From the IMG/VR virus record IMGVR_UViG_3300021964_000017: 64,000 nucleotides of DNA. One strand, written 5' to 3'. Origin of the DNA: a virus. The notes under the pieces are model-generated. The model did not search any database. It saw nothing but the letters and a program-made list of their open reading frames with translations, and had not been told where the DNA came from. Positions 1 through 7,921 of the stretch are shown piece after piece (position 1 is the stretch's first letter; every line of letters starts with the position of its first letter). Both the position numbers and the translations under genes were made by a program.

Positions 1-1206
1 ATCAGGCGAAAAGTTGTTGTATGAGAATTCCATTCTATCAACAATCTTTACAGCGTCACCACCAATTTTATCAATTGCAACGTAACCTTCTTCTCCAGTT
101 ACCTTGTATCCATTCCGTGTTCTAACAAAAGTCTTAACATTCGCTAGTTTGTTGAGAGTATTTATAAGTTTTAGTTTGGCCAATACAATAACTTTTTGTA
201 GGTCAAACATCTTAATTAACCCCACTCTATTCTTATTTGAAAAGAATTCTAATAGAGCGTCTAGCTTCTGCTTCTGAGCTGTCTTCCCTCGTTCCGTCTT
301 ACGTGAATCGATCTCTCGTTGATATCGCGCTGTGATCCAACGTATGAGGCCAGATACGTGTCGTTTTGTATCTCCGATGACCTCTCCTTTTCGGACAAAT
401 GAGTTGTTGTATGTTTCGATGTGCTGAGCGAGTTGAGCATTGGATTCCAGTTCTCTAAGAGTTGATCCGGAAATTTGGTTAAATAGTTTGCCAGCTTGTG
501 ATAGGTATTCATTAACAACTTCAGTGTCCTTTTTGCTCATAGTAGCTTTGGTTAAATCACGAAGCATTGCGTCTTGCGACCACACCGACTTCGAAGTCTT
601 TAGTTTAGATACATCTACTCCATAACTTGCTTTAAGGGAGGCAAAATCTCCACCTCTATTGGATCCGGTATAAGTTGTGTGCCACACGATTCCAATTTTA
701 GCCGCTTTGATTGCTCTCGCAGCATCAGACTCTGCAGGAACAGCATAAACGATAGTATTAGGATGGAAGGTAAGATAATTTTCGCCATTAATTTTTTTCT
801 TTTTTACATCTCCAGGACCAAACAAGAAATCGCCTTGGATTACACCTTTGATTCCTAGCTTAGGCAATTCTCTTAAAGCTAGCTTTAATTTATCTGCTAG
901 ATCGCCACTTGTATCATCATCAACTTCACTAGCTGTTTTGTACACTTTTGGATTCTTATTAAAGATACCCTTTTTAGCAACAAAGAATTGACCATCGGAG
1001 GGATCGGTTCCTGCAAAGACAGCTGGAGCGCCATCCCATTTAACAGAGACACTACCATCATGCTGACCCTTTAACATATCACGTAAAGAGCGCAACGCAA
1101 GAATAGCTTGTCGCGTACCTTTGACACCACCATAGATAACTTTATCTTCGATGTGAGTCATGTGTGTATTCTTCTGCTCTGAGAGTGTCTCAGTAAAACT
1201 TAACAT
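1..1206 (-). CDS. Conserved T4-like marine phage protein (DUF6267-like), partial, runs off the left edge
   Basis: Open frame from ATG at 1206 to the edge, absent from the ORF track: MLSFTETLSEQKNTHMTHIEDKVIYGG...VSVKWDGAPAVFAG...GVIQGDFLF...FHPNTIVYAVP...EGYVAIDK...VKIVDRMEFS. KWDG/EG/K motifs resemble the ligase-like nucleotidyltransferase fold. Confidence 0.75.
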   Translation of the reverse strand, partial: MLSFTETLSEQKNTHMTHIEDKVIYGGVKGTRQAILALRSLRDMLKGQHDGSVSVKWDGAPAVFAGTDPSDGQFFVAKKGIFNKNPKVYKTASEVDDDTSGDLADKLKLALRELPKLGIKGVIQGDFLFGPGDVKKKKINGENYLTFHPNTIVYAVPAESDAARAIKAAKIGIVWHTTYTGSNRGGDFASLKASYGVDVSKLKTSKSVWSQDAMLRDLTKATMSKKDTEVVNEYLSQAGKLFNQISGSTLRELESNAQLAQHIETYNNSFVRKGEVIGDTKRHVSGLIRWITARYQREIDSRKTERGKTAQKQKLDALLEFFSNKNRVGLIKMFDLQKVIVLAKLKLINTLNKLANVKTFVRTRNGYKVTGEEGYVAIDKIGGDAVKIVDRMEFSYNNFSPD

Positions 1207-1208
1207 AA

Positions 1209-1991
1209 TTAATTCTCCAAGAACAATTTTTGAATACCTTGGACAGTATCAATTGTGTGTTTTGATTTACCCTTAGTTCTTAGACGACCCTGAAAACGAA
1301 GTCCAGCTGTGCGGGTTTCAGTGCCATCAGGGAACCTACCTTTTGTTCCAGAATACGCAAGACGTATCTCCACTTGGATCTCACCTTTGAGGCGAGGGAC
1401 AGGTAGATTGTAAATGTTATTACCCAGATAGAAAAGACCAGCTTTACCAATCTGGATATAGTACACACCCTTCTTGTTGTAGTGCTTTTCAATGAATCTT
1501 GCGTCAGTAATTACTTTTGTGTTGATGTCTTTGAGCAAGCCTTTTGCTTTTAGCTCGTCACGACCAGCCTTCGATACTTTAATCGGAACACCAGAAATGT
1601 CTTTATGATACTTGACTGGATCTAACTTTTGAGCAGCCTTGATGTAATTGTCAAGAGCTTTTGTTTTGTCCTTTACAGCGGAAAGTAGAAGCTCTTCGTC
1701 GGCAGGATCCATCTTCTTTGCAGCAGTAAATTTCTTACTACGCATATCATATATAAAAGACCCACCACCCATTTGATCATCAGGAGATAGCTTAACTTCA
1801 ATATTAAATGGCTTGCCATTGAGCGTACCTTCAATATCACCAGCACCAACATTTGAGAAACCAGCAGATGGTTTGTCTCCAGGTGTGAAGAAATCAACTC
1901 CAGATTGCTGAATAGCTTTATAGATTTTCAGCTCATAATCTAAACCCTTTTGACCTGAAACCATTTCTCGTACTTCCCTAAACGTCTTCAT
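1209..1991 (-). CDS. PD-(D/E)XK nuclease-fold protein with a capsid-targeting-like N-terminus
   Basis: E...GDI...NIEVK catalytic pattern; N-terminus MKTFREVRE; late promoter upstream. Confidence 0.55.
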   Translation of the reverse strand: MKTFREVREMVSGQKGLDYELKIYKAIQQSGVDFFTPGDKPSAGFSNVGAGDIEGTLNGKPFNIEVKLSPDDQMGGGSFIYDMRSKKFTAAKKMDPADEELLLSAVKDKTKALDNYIKAAQKLDPVKYHKDISGVPIKVSKAGRDELKAKGLLKDINTKVITDARFIEKHYNKKGVYYIQIGKAGLFYLGNNIYNLPVPRLKGEIQVEIRLAYSGTKGRFPDGTETRTAGLRFQGRLRTKGKSKHTIDTVQGIQKLFLEN

Positions 1992-2018
1992 ACTGACCCC
2001 ATATGATATCTTTTCTTC

Positions 2019-2026
2019 TATTTATA
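2019..2026 (-). promoter_or_regulatory. T4-type late promoter TATAAATA
   Basis: Exact consensus about 30 bp upstream of the 1991 start. Confidence 0.8.
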
Positions 2027-2051
2027 AAGAAAAAAGAGGCCGCGACCTCTT
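2027..2051 (-). terminator. Intrinsic terminator
   Basis: AAGAGG-TCGCGG-CCTCTT followed by TTTTCTTT on the minus strand. Confidence 0.65.
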
Positions 2052-2109
2052 GACAGTTTGCAAAATACTGTGTATAATAAAGGGGCCTCCTTTGCGGTGG
2101 GCAGTATAT
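2050..2109 (+). promoter_or_regulatory. Consensus sigma70 promoter plus hairpin plus GGGCAGTATAT element (copy 1), antisense to the neighbouring gene
   Basis: TTGACA-17-TATAAT, then AAAGG-GGCCT-CCTTT-GCGGTGGGCAGTATAT. A second copy lies at 49498-49555. Confidence 0.65.
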
Positions 2110-2291
2110 TATAATTGGCGAACATAGACTTTTTTACCTATCTTCTCTGCCTTATATTGATATTGCTCGAATCCAGAATCACGAAGATCTCGATTAGTAT
2201 TCTTTACCATGTTACTGACAAATAAAAAGTCATCAGATGACTCAATCATCCCCACTAGATCCGGATCGTTCTTGTCGTTGATAAGCTTCAT
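2109..2291 (-). CDS. Hypothetical protein
   Basis: 60-aa ORF with a purine-rich RBS. Confidence 0.6.
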   Translation of the reverse strand: MKLINDKNDPDLVGMIESSDDFLFVSNMVKNTNRDLRDSGFEQYQYKAEKIGKKVYVRQL

Positions 2292-2378
2292 CTTCTTCCC
2301 TCAATCTCCTAAGTATATAGTTGTGGTAGCGCTCCTGATTGCTATCTTTATCATTGATATTGTTAACAGCCTCGAAGG

Positions 2379-2412
2379 ACGGGTAGCCCCTCTCGAATAC
2401 TGGGGCTACCCG
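2379..2412 (-). terminator. Strong GC hairpin downstream of the DUF932 gene
   Basis: CGGGTAGCCCC...GGGGCTACCCG inverted repeat; weak U-tract. Confidence 0.45.
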
Positions 2413-2419
2413 ATCACTA

Positions 2420-3388
2420 TCATGCTGCATTAGCATACTCCACAGCTTTGTTGACAGCAACCAGCTTACGAGCTTGGTTTTGACCAAACCACGCAGACTG
2501 CATACGAGACTCTGCATTACGACCCATCTGGTGATCGGTCATGTAAGTTACAGAGTTAAGAGCCTGCCACCAAGAACCCTCACCCAGCTGGGCACCAGGC
2601 TGTGTGTAGAGAACATCCATAGCAGCCTTAGCATTCTTAGTCAAGTCTTCAGCGACTTTCACTTCCTTGCCTTTGCTATAAGTGTGGGGGAATACATCGT
2701 TGTAGTAGTTGATCAACGACTCTACTGAGAAACGCTTTGTGCTCAAGAACTCAGCCATCTCTTTGTATTGAGCAAACTTCTCGTGAGCAATACCCATCTG
2801 CTCTTTAACCATATCTGGGTTGAAGACAGAACGGTGGTTCAACTTAACAGCGTTCTTAGACTTGGCTTCCAATGAGAATGTAAGAGTGTTGTTGCATACA
2901 ACGCGGATAGGAGTAAAGCGAACATCAATAGCTTTACCATACTCGTGTGGGTTAGAGAACAACAAATATGAATCGACTTGGTCTTCGCCAAGGATAGTAA
3001 ATGATTCTTTTACTTTGGCAAGAGCAAACACATTCTTACCACCTTTCAAAGAACCTGCTGTGTGCATTTCCATGTCACCAGCCAGCACATACTCTGAGAA
3101 GAATTCAAACGCTTCTGAGTTCTGTACAGGGTTCCAACCCTTTCCAACATTGGTAAGGATCTTGCCATCGGTAGAGCGAACCAACGACTTCTGACCAGTA
3201 GGTACCTGCTCACCGTTGAAGTTGATGTATGATTCGACTTCTTCGACAGTCCAATCCAGACCAGCTTTCTGCTGCATCTGAGCTGGTGTCAGATCATTAG
3301 ATACTTCTGTACCAAGACCATGCCAAGGTGTTGCGCCTGCATAAGCCATTTGAGCTACACCGTTTACGATTTCTACTTCATGTGCCAT
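2420..3388 (-). CDS. DUF932 / phage-plasmid-like protein (TIGR03299 type)
   Basis: MAHEVE...TPWHGLG...AGLDWTV...PVQNSEAFEFF...TAGSLKGGK...TPIRVVCNNTL signature. Confidence 0.9.
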   Translation of the reverse strand: MAHEVEIVNGVAQMAYAGATPWHGLGTEVSNDLTPAQMQQKAGLDWTVEEVESYINFNGEQVPTGQKSLVRSTDGKILTNVGKGWNPVQNSEAFEFFSEYVLAGDMEMHTAGSLKGGKNVFALAKVKESFTILGEDQVDSYLLFSNPHEYGKAIDVRFTPIRVVCNNTLTFSLEAKSKNAVKLNHRSVFNPDMVKEQMGIAHEKFAQYKEMAEFLSTKRFSVESLINYYNDVFPHTYSKGKEVKVAEDLTKNAKAAMDVLYTQPGAQLGEGSWWQALNSVTYMTDHQMGRNAESRMQSAWFGQNQARKLVAVNKAVEYANAA

Positions 3389-3421
3389 TTTCACTTCTCC
3401 ATTATTTAATCTTTATACCTT

Positions 3422-3459
3422 AACATACATCAGTCTGAAGGTAAAGTCAACAGCTAATT
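3422..3459 (-). promoter_or_regulatory. Early sigma70-like promoter (AATTARCTGTTGACY family)
   Basis: AATTAGCTG-TTGACT-17-TATGTT upstream of the DUF932 gene. Confidence 0.7.
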
Positions 3460-3865
3460 ACGCTGCGCACATATCTTTATACTCAACAACAGCAGCTAGA
3501 TCTTTAACTAGCCGCTTACCATAATCAGTAAACAAGATACCTTGCTCCCAAACAAAGTGTTCGACATCTTGAATGTGATAGAAGGTTTCAGTACCTACTA
3601 TCCAGAGAAGAGCGTTGGTGTAGTTGCCAGCACCAAGCTCGATAACATCCTGAACACGAGCTTGAAAGCGAGCTACTGCTTTGACTTCTTGTTCTTTTTC
3701 AAACTTATTGTTAACCTCAAGCTCCTCACAGAGTTCATCCCAACGAGCTTGCTTCTGGGCAGGGTCCATAGAATCCCAGTTCTCCATGATAATACCGCGA
3801 GGACGAAATCCATAAACATCTTTATGAAGATCTGAGAAGCAATCGTCTGAATAAGTAAATGTCAT
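3458..3865 (-). CDS. Hypothetical early protein
   Basis: 135-aa ORF with AAGGAG RBS and its own early promoter; SDLHKDVYGFRPR motif. Confidence 0.8.
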   Translation of the reverse strand: MTFTYSDDCFSDLHKDVYGFRPRGIIMENWDSMDPAQKQARWDELCEELEVNNKFEKEQEVKAVARFQARVQDVIELGAGNYTNALLWIVGTETFYHIQDVEHFVWEQGILFTDYGKRLVKDLAAVVEYKDMCAA

Positions 3866-3890
3866 TTTTTTTTTCTCCTTCTATACCCCC

Positions 3891-3928
3891 TTTATACATC
3901 ATAGTGATACTAAGGTCAACAGTTAATT
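3891..3928 (-). promoter_or_regulatory. Early promoter
   Basis: AATTAACTG-TTGACC-17-TATAAA. Confidence 0.7.
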
Positions 3929-3931
3929 GAA

Positions 3932-4082
3932 ACTATTTTATACATACGCCCGAGTTAGTATCTCCAATCTCTCCGCGCGGCCTTATTGACATTGCCGCTC
4001 TAGTTCGATTGAAACTAACATCTCTTTCGAGATAGTGCTTTTAGGTAGCCTGCCCTCTACACAGACGTATGTATGAAATAGT
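3932..4082 (-). ncRNA. Putative ~150-nt structured non-coding RNA
   Basis: Long closing stem (CTATTTCATACATACGTCTG / CGGGCGTATGTATAAAATAG) enclosing several hairpins, including ATCTC-GAAA-GAGAT; no sizeable ORF. Confidence 0.5.
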
Positions 4083-4090
4083 CTCCTTAG

Positions 4091-4294
4091 TTAGGGTAAC
4101 TGAACCATTTCAATCTTAGCAAAACGATTAGTATCACGAAGACGCTTGAAAAACTTATCAGCATGAGCATGACTAAGACCACTTGCAAATTCAGCTAACT
4201 GGTAATAACCAGCGTTGAATGTGTAAGCATTAATTGTCCAAGATGTATTATTCATGATGTATTCCTTTTCATTTGATAACTTAATGTACCTCAT
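4091..4294 (-). CDS. Hypothetical early protein (true start probably MNNTSW)
   Basis: Short ORF behind an early promoter with an AAGGA RBS. Confidence 0.6.
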   Translation of the reverse strand: MRYIKLSNEKEYIMNNTSWTINAYTFNAGYYQLAEFASGLSHAHADKFFKRLRDTNRFAKIEMVQLP

Positions 4295-4320
4295 TGTGGA
4301 ACAGAAGTCAACAGTTAATT
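4283..4320 (-). promoter_or_regulatory. Early promoter
   Basis: AATTAACTG-TTGACT-17-TACATT. Confidence 0.7.
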
Positions 4321-4506
4321 GTATGCTTCGGCCATCATTGCATCAACTTCTCTCAATTCTTTAATTCGTTTCACCATCACATAATCTGGATTTTCTCTCT
4401 TACTCATCCAATATTTGTACAATATCCCATTATGTGTTTCTTTGTCAGGAGCATACTCTTCTCTCAGAGCGTCTAATTGAGATTTTCTTTTTCTAGCAAT
4501 AGTCAT
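4315..4506 (-). CDS. Hypothetical early protein
   Basis: 63-aa ORF, AAGGAG RBS, own promoter. Confidence 0.7.
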   Translation of the reverse strand: MTIARKRKSQLDALREEYAPDKETHNGILYKYWMSKRENPDYVMVKRIKELREVDAMMAEAYN

Positions 4507-4531
4507 TACACTTCTCCTTATGTGAACACTA

Positions 4532-4569
4532 ATAGTACATCGTAGTCAAACTCAGGTCAACAGTTAAGT
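4532..4569 (-). promoter_or_regulatory. Early promoter
   Basis: TTAACTG-TTGACC-17-TACTAT. Confidence 0.7.
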
Positions 4570-5151
4570 TAGCATTTCGTAGATTTCTTTCCAACCTTTT
4601 ACAATAGGAATATCATCATTGACATAATTCATATTATGACCATGTTCAACCAGAATTGATTGCAGACCCAACCGCTGACCAAGCTCAGCATTCTCGATCT
4701 TATCTTCAATCCAGAATAGACCTGAACCTTCGTAAGGAGCAAGAGCTTCATCTTTATCAGCACCTGTGCCAATACAAAGAACATCTTCAAACACAGTAGG
4801 TCCAAAGAGCTTACTGAGATTCTCTTCACGCAACTTTGCAGCTGCTGGATCAGTTGATAGGGAGGTTATTGCACGGAACACATATCCATGCTTGCGATGT
4901 AGCAGATCTACATAGTACATTGCATCTCGCAATGGAGGTAAGAATCCAATAGCAGCTGATTCGTTAAAGAACCGTACTAACTCTTTACCTTTTGAGTATG
5001 GAATACCATAGCGGTCAGATATATCATAATCTGAAGCTGTAGTGTTTAGCTTATAGCCATGCTGTTCCATCCAGCATTTAAAAGCGTACTCCCAATTAAG
5101 AAGTACACCATCAACATCCGTTAGGATTACTTTATTCGTATTAATGATCAA
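4564..5151 (-). CDS. HAD-family phosphatase (5'-nucleotidase-like)
   Basis: ILTDVDGVL motif I, ITS motif II, K, WIEDK motif IV. Confidence 0.85.
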   Translation of the reverse strand: MIINTNKVILTDVDGVLLNWEYAFKCWMEQHGYKLNTTASDYDISDRYGIPYSKGKELVRFFNESAAIGFLPPLRDAMYYVDLLHRKHGYVFRAITSLSTDPAAAKLREENLSKLFGPTVFEDVLCIGTGADKDEALAPYEGSGLFWIEDKIENAELGQRLGLQSILVEHGHNMNYVNDDIPIVKGWKEIYEMLT

Positions 5152-5179
5152 CTTTGATCTCCTTTATAAGTTATGCCCC

Positions 5180-5216
5180 CTTATAGCACATTCTTATACT
5201 GAAGTCAACAGCTAAT
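5180..5216 (-). promoter_or_regulatory. Early promoter
   Basis: ATTAGCTG-TTGACT-17-TATAAG. Confidence 0.7.
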
Positions 5217-5490
5217 CGTAACCAAGGACAGCAACTTTAGATATTTCTTCGTCTTCTCTATCTCTCCACGCAGATGAAAATCCACTTTCGCTAACACAGT
5301 TTTCGTGATTGCCCCAGATGCGTTTCATATACGATTCGTATATTTCTTCTACATCTTTGTCGGACCATGATTGGGGGATTAATGAACCTTTTACTATCCA
5401 GTAAAAACGATTGGCTTGCTTACGCACATATGGTGAACACACATATAATACTCCTATAAATAGATACTTATACTCTGTTAGCGCTAACAA
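5212..5490 (-). CDS. Hypothetical protein (start uncertain)
   Basis: 92-aa ORF; YWIVKG...SYMKRIWGNHE. Confidence 0.6.
   Translation of the reverse strand: MLALTEYKYLFIGVLYVCSPYVRKQANRFYWIVKGSLIPQSWSDKDVEEIYESYMKRIWGNHENCVSESGFSSAWRDREDEEISKVAVLGYD
5455..5462 (+). promoter_or_regulatory. Late promoter driving the plus-strand arm of the oxygenase island
   Basis: TATAAATA upstream of 5538. Confidence 0.65.
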
Positions 5491-5537
5491 TGTTTAGCAA
5501 AACAAAACTTTTGGCAAATACACAGTTGGGATGATTA

Positions 5538-6026
5538 ATGAAATGGTTTGATGTAGATATGAATTTACGCGATGAAGATGTAGAATGGATAAATAATATT
5601 GGTGATAATATTAATAAACCTAAATGGTCTATAAGATCGTACAAACTAAATAAGGAAGAACTCAAAAGAATATCTTATATTACTGAGCAGATTAAAGTAA
5701 AACCTTCCTATGTTGTTATAATGATGGTTCCCGCAAATAGTATATGTGAAACTCATGTAGATCACAAGGCTGGTATGGGTATGAGACAACGTATAACAGC
5801 GATTAACATACCAGTTCAAGTACATCAGACTAGTGCTTTTCAATATATGAAGGGGATTGAAAGCCCACAGATTTTAGAGGAAGTATATCTTGACAGAGCA
5901 AAGTGTTGGAGAGTTGATAAACCCCATCGAGTAGATAATTCTCAAAGTCCTTTTAACAGAGTTGTTCTCAGCTTATCATATACGGAAAGCATAGATCAAA
6001 TATATAATTCCTTATCAAGCCGCTGA
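5538..6026 (+). CDS. Fe(II)/2OG oxygenase-like cupin (Asp/Asn beta-hydroxylase-like)
   Basis: THVD...AINIP...PHRVDN...RVVLSL (HxD...H...R). Confidence 0.7.
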   Translation: MKWFDVDMNLRDEDVEWINNIGDNINKPKWSIRSYKLNKEELKRISYITEQIKVKPSYVVIMMVPANSICETHVDHKAGMGMRQRITAINIPVQVHQTSAFQYMKGIESPQILEEVYLDRAKCWRVDKPHRVDNSQSPFNRVVLSLSYTESIDQIYNSLSSR

Positions 6027-6065
6027 GCTAAATACAGTGTGGACTCAGGATAGAGAACAGGTTGC

Positions 6066-6509
6066 ATGAAATATTTTATAACAGGAACAAGGCGGGGCTT
6101 AGGTGAAGCCTTAGCCAATAAGTATGGTAATTGTGGTTCCCTTGAAGATTGTGATGTTTTTATTAATAACAAGTGTGATAGGTTTGAACAGGTGTTTATG
6201 CTATATCGTGCAGCTGAGCTAAATAAAAGGATTATAAATATAAGTAGCAATACGTCAGATAAGAAGAAGCCTAATAATAGAATGTACGCAGTCTATAAAG
6301 GCGCATTAGACGACTTAAATGATAGATTGTATTATGAAGGGTATCCTACAACATCAATAAGGTTTGGATATTTTGATAGTCCAAGAGTTGAACATATCGA
6401 TGCGGATAAAATGCCAATCGATTATTGTGTAGACGTAATTGATTGGATATTGAAACAACCTTACGTAATAAAAGAAATAACTATCACTCCAGAGGTTAAA
6501 CATGGCTAA
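6066..6509 (+). CDS. Short-chain dehydrogenase/reductase (minimal)
   Basis: ITGTRRGLG, FINN, IINISS, YxxxK (YAVYK). Confidence 0.8.
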   Translation: MKYFITGTRRGLGEALANKYGNCGSLEDCDVFINNKCDRFEQVFMLYRAAELNKRIINISSNTSDKKKPNNRMYAVYKGALDDLNDRLYYEGYPTTSIRFGYFDSPRVEHIDADKMPIDYCVDVIDWILKQPYVIKEITITPEVKHG

Positions 6510-6813
6510 AACACAATCGTATACAATTATATTTAACACGCCCCAGGATGATGCACTCAGTGCAATGAATTTGGTAGGAGCTGATGTAGCTAACGACATT
6601 AGAGCTCTTATACATGAGGGATTAGTGGTTGGCAGCGTTGTTGATCAGGTTCAGAATTTATCATCGGATGGGTTAACTCTAAACGTGGAAAGAACCTTTA
6701 CAGATGAGGTTTATAACAATTTAATGGAAATCGTATCAGTAAGCGATATCAAAACTCAAATTGAAAATGTGACAGAAGTGAGTTCAGTGACATATGGATT
6801 TTCAGACTCTTGA
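6502..6813 (+). CDS. Hypothetical acidic protein
   Basis: 103-aa ORF translationally coupled to its neighbours. Confidence 0.7.
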   Translation: MAKTQSYTIIFNTPQDDALSAMNLVGADVANDIRALIHEGLVVGSVVDQVQNLSSDGLTLNVERTFTDEVYNNLMEIVSVSDIKTQIENVTEVSSVTYGFSDS

Positions 6814-7189
6814 TCAAATAGATGTAGAAGCAATATTGGATGAAGTTTCACATCTAATAGATCCTACTGATAATATATTGTTGCAAAAGGGTACAAGCAC
6901 TCTACACAATTTGCCGTATACAAATTCACTATTTGAAAAATATAATATGACTACATCTCGTATCATGAAGCTAACACCAAGAGAATGTTATTCATGGCAC
7001 ACTGATGTATCTCCAAGAATACACTTTCCTTTAATAACAAACGATAGCTGTCTTTTTATTTTAGAAGACACTGTTTATACAATGCCGTCAGGTAATGCGT
7101 ACTATGTTGATACTCGAAAAAAACACACTGCAATAAATGGTAACAGAAGAAATTTTATCAGGTATCACATTGTGGGCATGGTAAGTTGA
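6794..7189 (+). CDS. Fe(II)/2OG oxygenase-like cupin (Asp/Asn beta-hydroxylase-like)
   Basis: SWHTD...RIHFPLITN...KHTAIN...RYHIV. Confidence 0.75.
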   Translation: MDFQTLDQIDVEAILDEVSHLIDPTDNILLQKGTSTLHNLPYTNSLFEKYNMTTSRIMKLTPRECYSWHTDVSPRIHFPLITNDSCLFILEDTVYTMPSGNAYYVDTRKKHTAINGNRRNFIRYHIVGMVS

Positions 7190-7258
7190 GAAGTTTATAT
7201 CGCTATATCTTGTATAGAATACAACTATACAAAATGAAGAAAGAGGATCACTTTATTT

Positions 7259-7921
7259 ATGAAACCGATAGTCATCGTAGGGACGAGCCATAGTTCAGTA
7301 AGGTATTCACCAAGCCTAACAAACATTCTTTCTGAATTATCAACTGTTAAAAATCTGGCGGCATATGGCCATGGAATTGACACCTACTTTCCTAGAGTAG
7401 TAAAGATAAGAGAGCCATCGATATTTGTAATTGAAGCTCCTCATCATACTAGATATACAGAATTCATGAATGAGTCAACGTACGAACCATTTAGTTATAC
7501 AGATGATGAATTTTGGACTGAAAAGAGATATATGGATCATCTGGCGTTTTTCTCAAAGTCAGTTTTGTTACCAGATGAAGAATATAGGGAAGCAATACGT
7601 CCCAGTAAAAATGATCTAATTGCATTGCAAAGAATTAAAGTATTAGCAAACCAACAACTGGAATTAGAAGACAATATATTAAAATGTGTGGCCATTGATG
7701 TGTACTTGAAATACAACAACCATCAAGTTTATTGGTGGACAGCAAACAACAAGTTGTTGCATAAATGGAATCATGATTTTCATTTGCTTACAGATAAACC
7801 TGTGTTTGATAACTATCCAGATAAATCTATGTACCCTGACGGATACCATCTAGCAGATAAATATTTTAAACATATAATTAGAGAGAGTTTTGTAAATGAA
7901 TTGGTTCGAAGTAGATGTTAA
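7259..7921 (+). CDS. SGNH/GDSL hydrolase-like protein
   Basis: VGTSHS block I, NLAAYGHG block II, C-terminal DGYH. Confidence 0.6.
   Translation: MKPIVIVGTSHSSVRYSPSLTNILSELSTVKNLAAYGHGIDTYFPRVVKIREPSIFVIEAPHHTRYTEFMNESTYEPFSYTDDEFWTEKRYMDHLAFFSKSVLLPDEEYREAIRPSKNDLIALQRIKVLANQQLELEDNILKCVAIDVYLKYNNHQVYWWTANNKLLHKWNHDFHLLTDKPVFDNYPDKSMYPDGYHLADKYFKHIIRESFVNELVRSRC

Noticed and set aside
2242-2517. 91-aa ORF overlapping DUF932 and the next gene
   Set aside because: It overlaps both neighbours extensively and contains a strong hairpin; a shorter version (MQHDSD...) is possible but unsupported.
3865-3874. Homopolymer run between RBS and ATG as a phase-variation switch
   Set aside because: Single non-coding run; could be an ordinary A-rich spacer or a sequencing artefact.
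3422-5216. Recurring GTCAACAG motif considered as a CRISPR-like array
   Set aside because: Spacing is gene-sized and the motif is the -35 region of early promoters.
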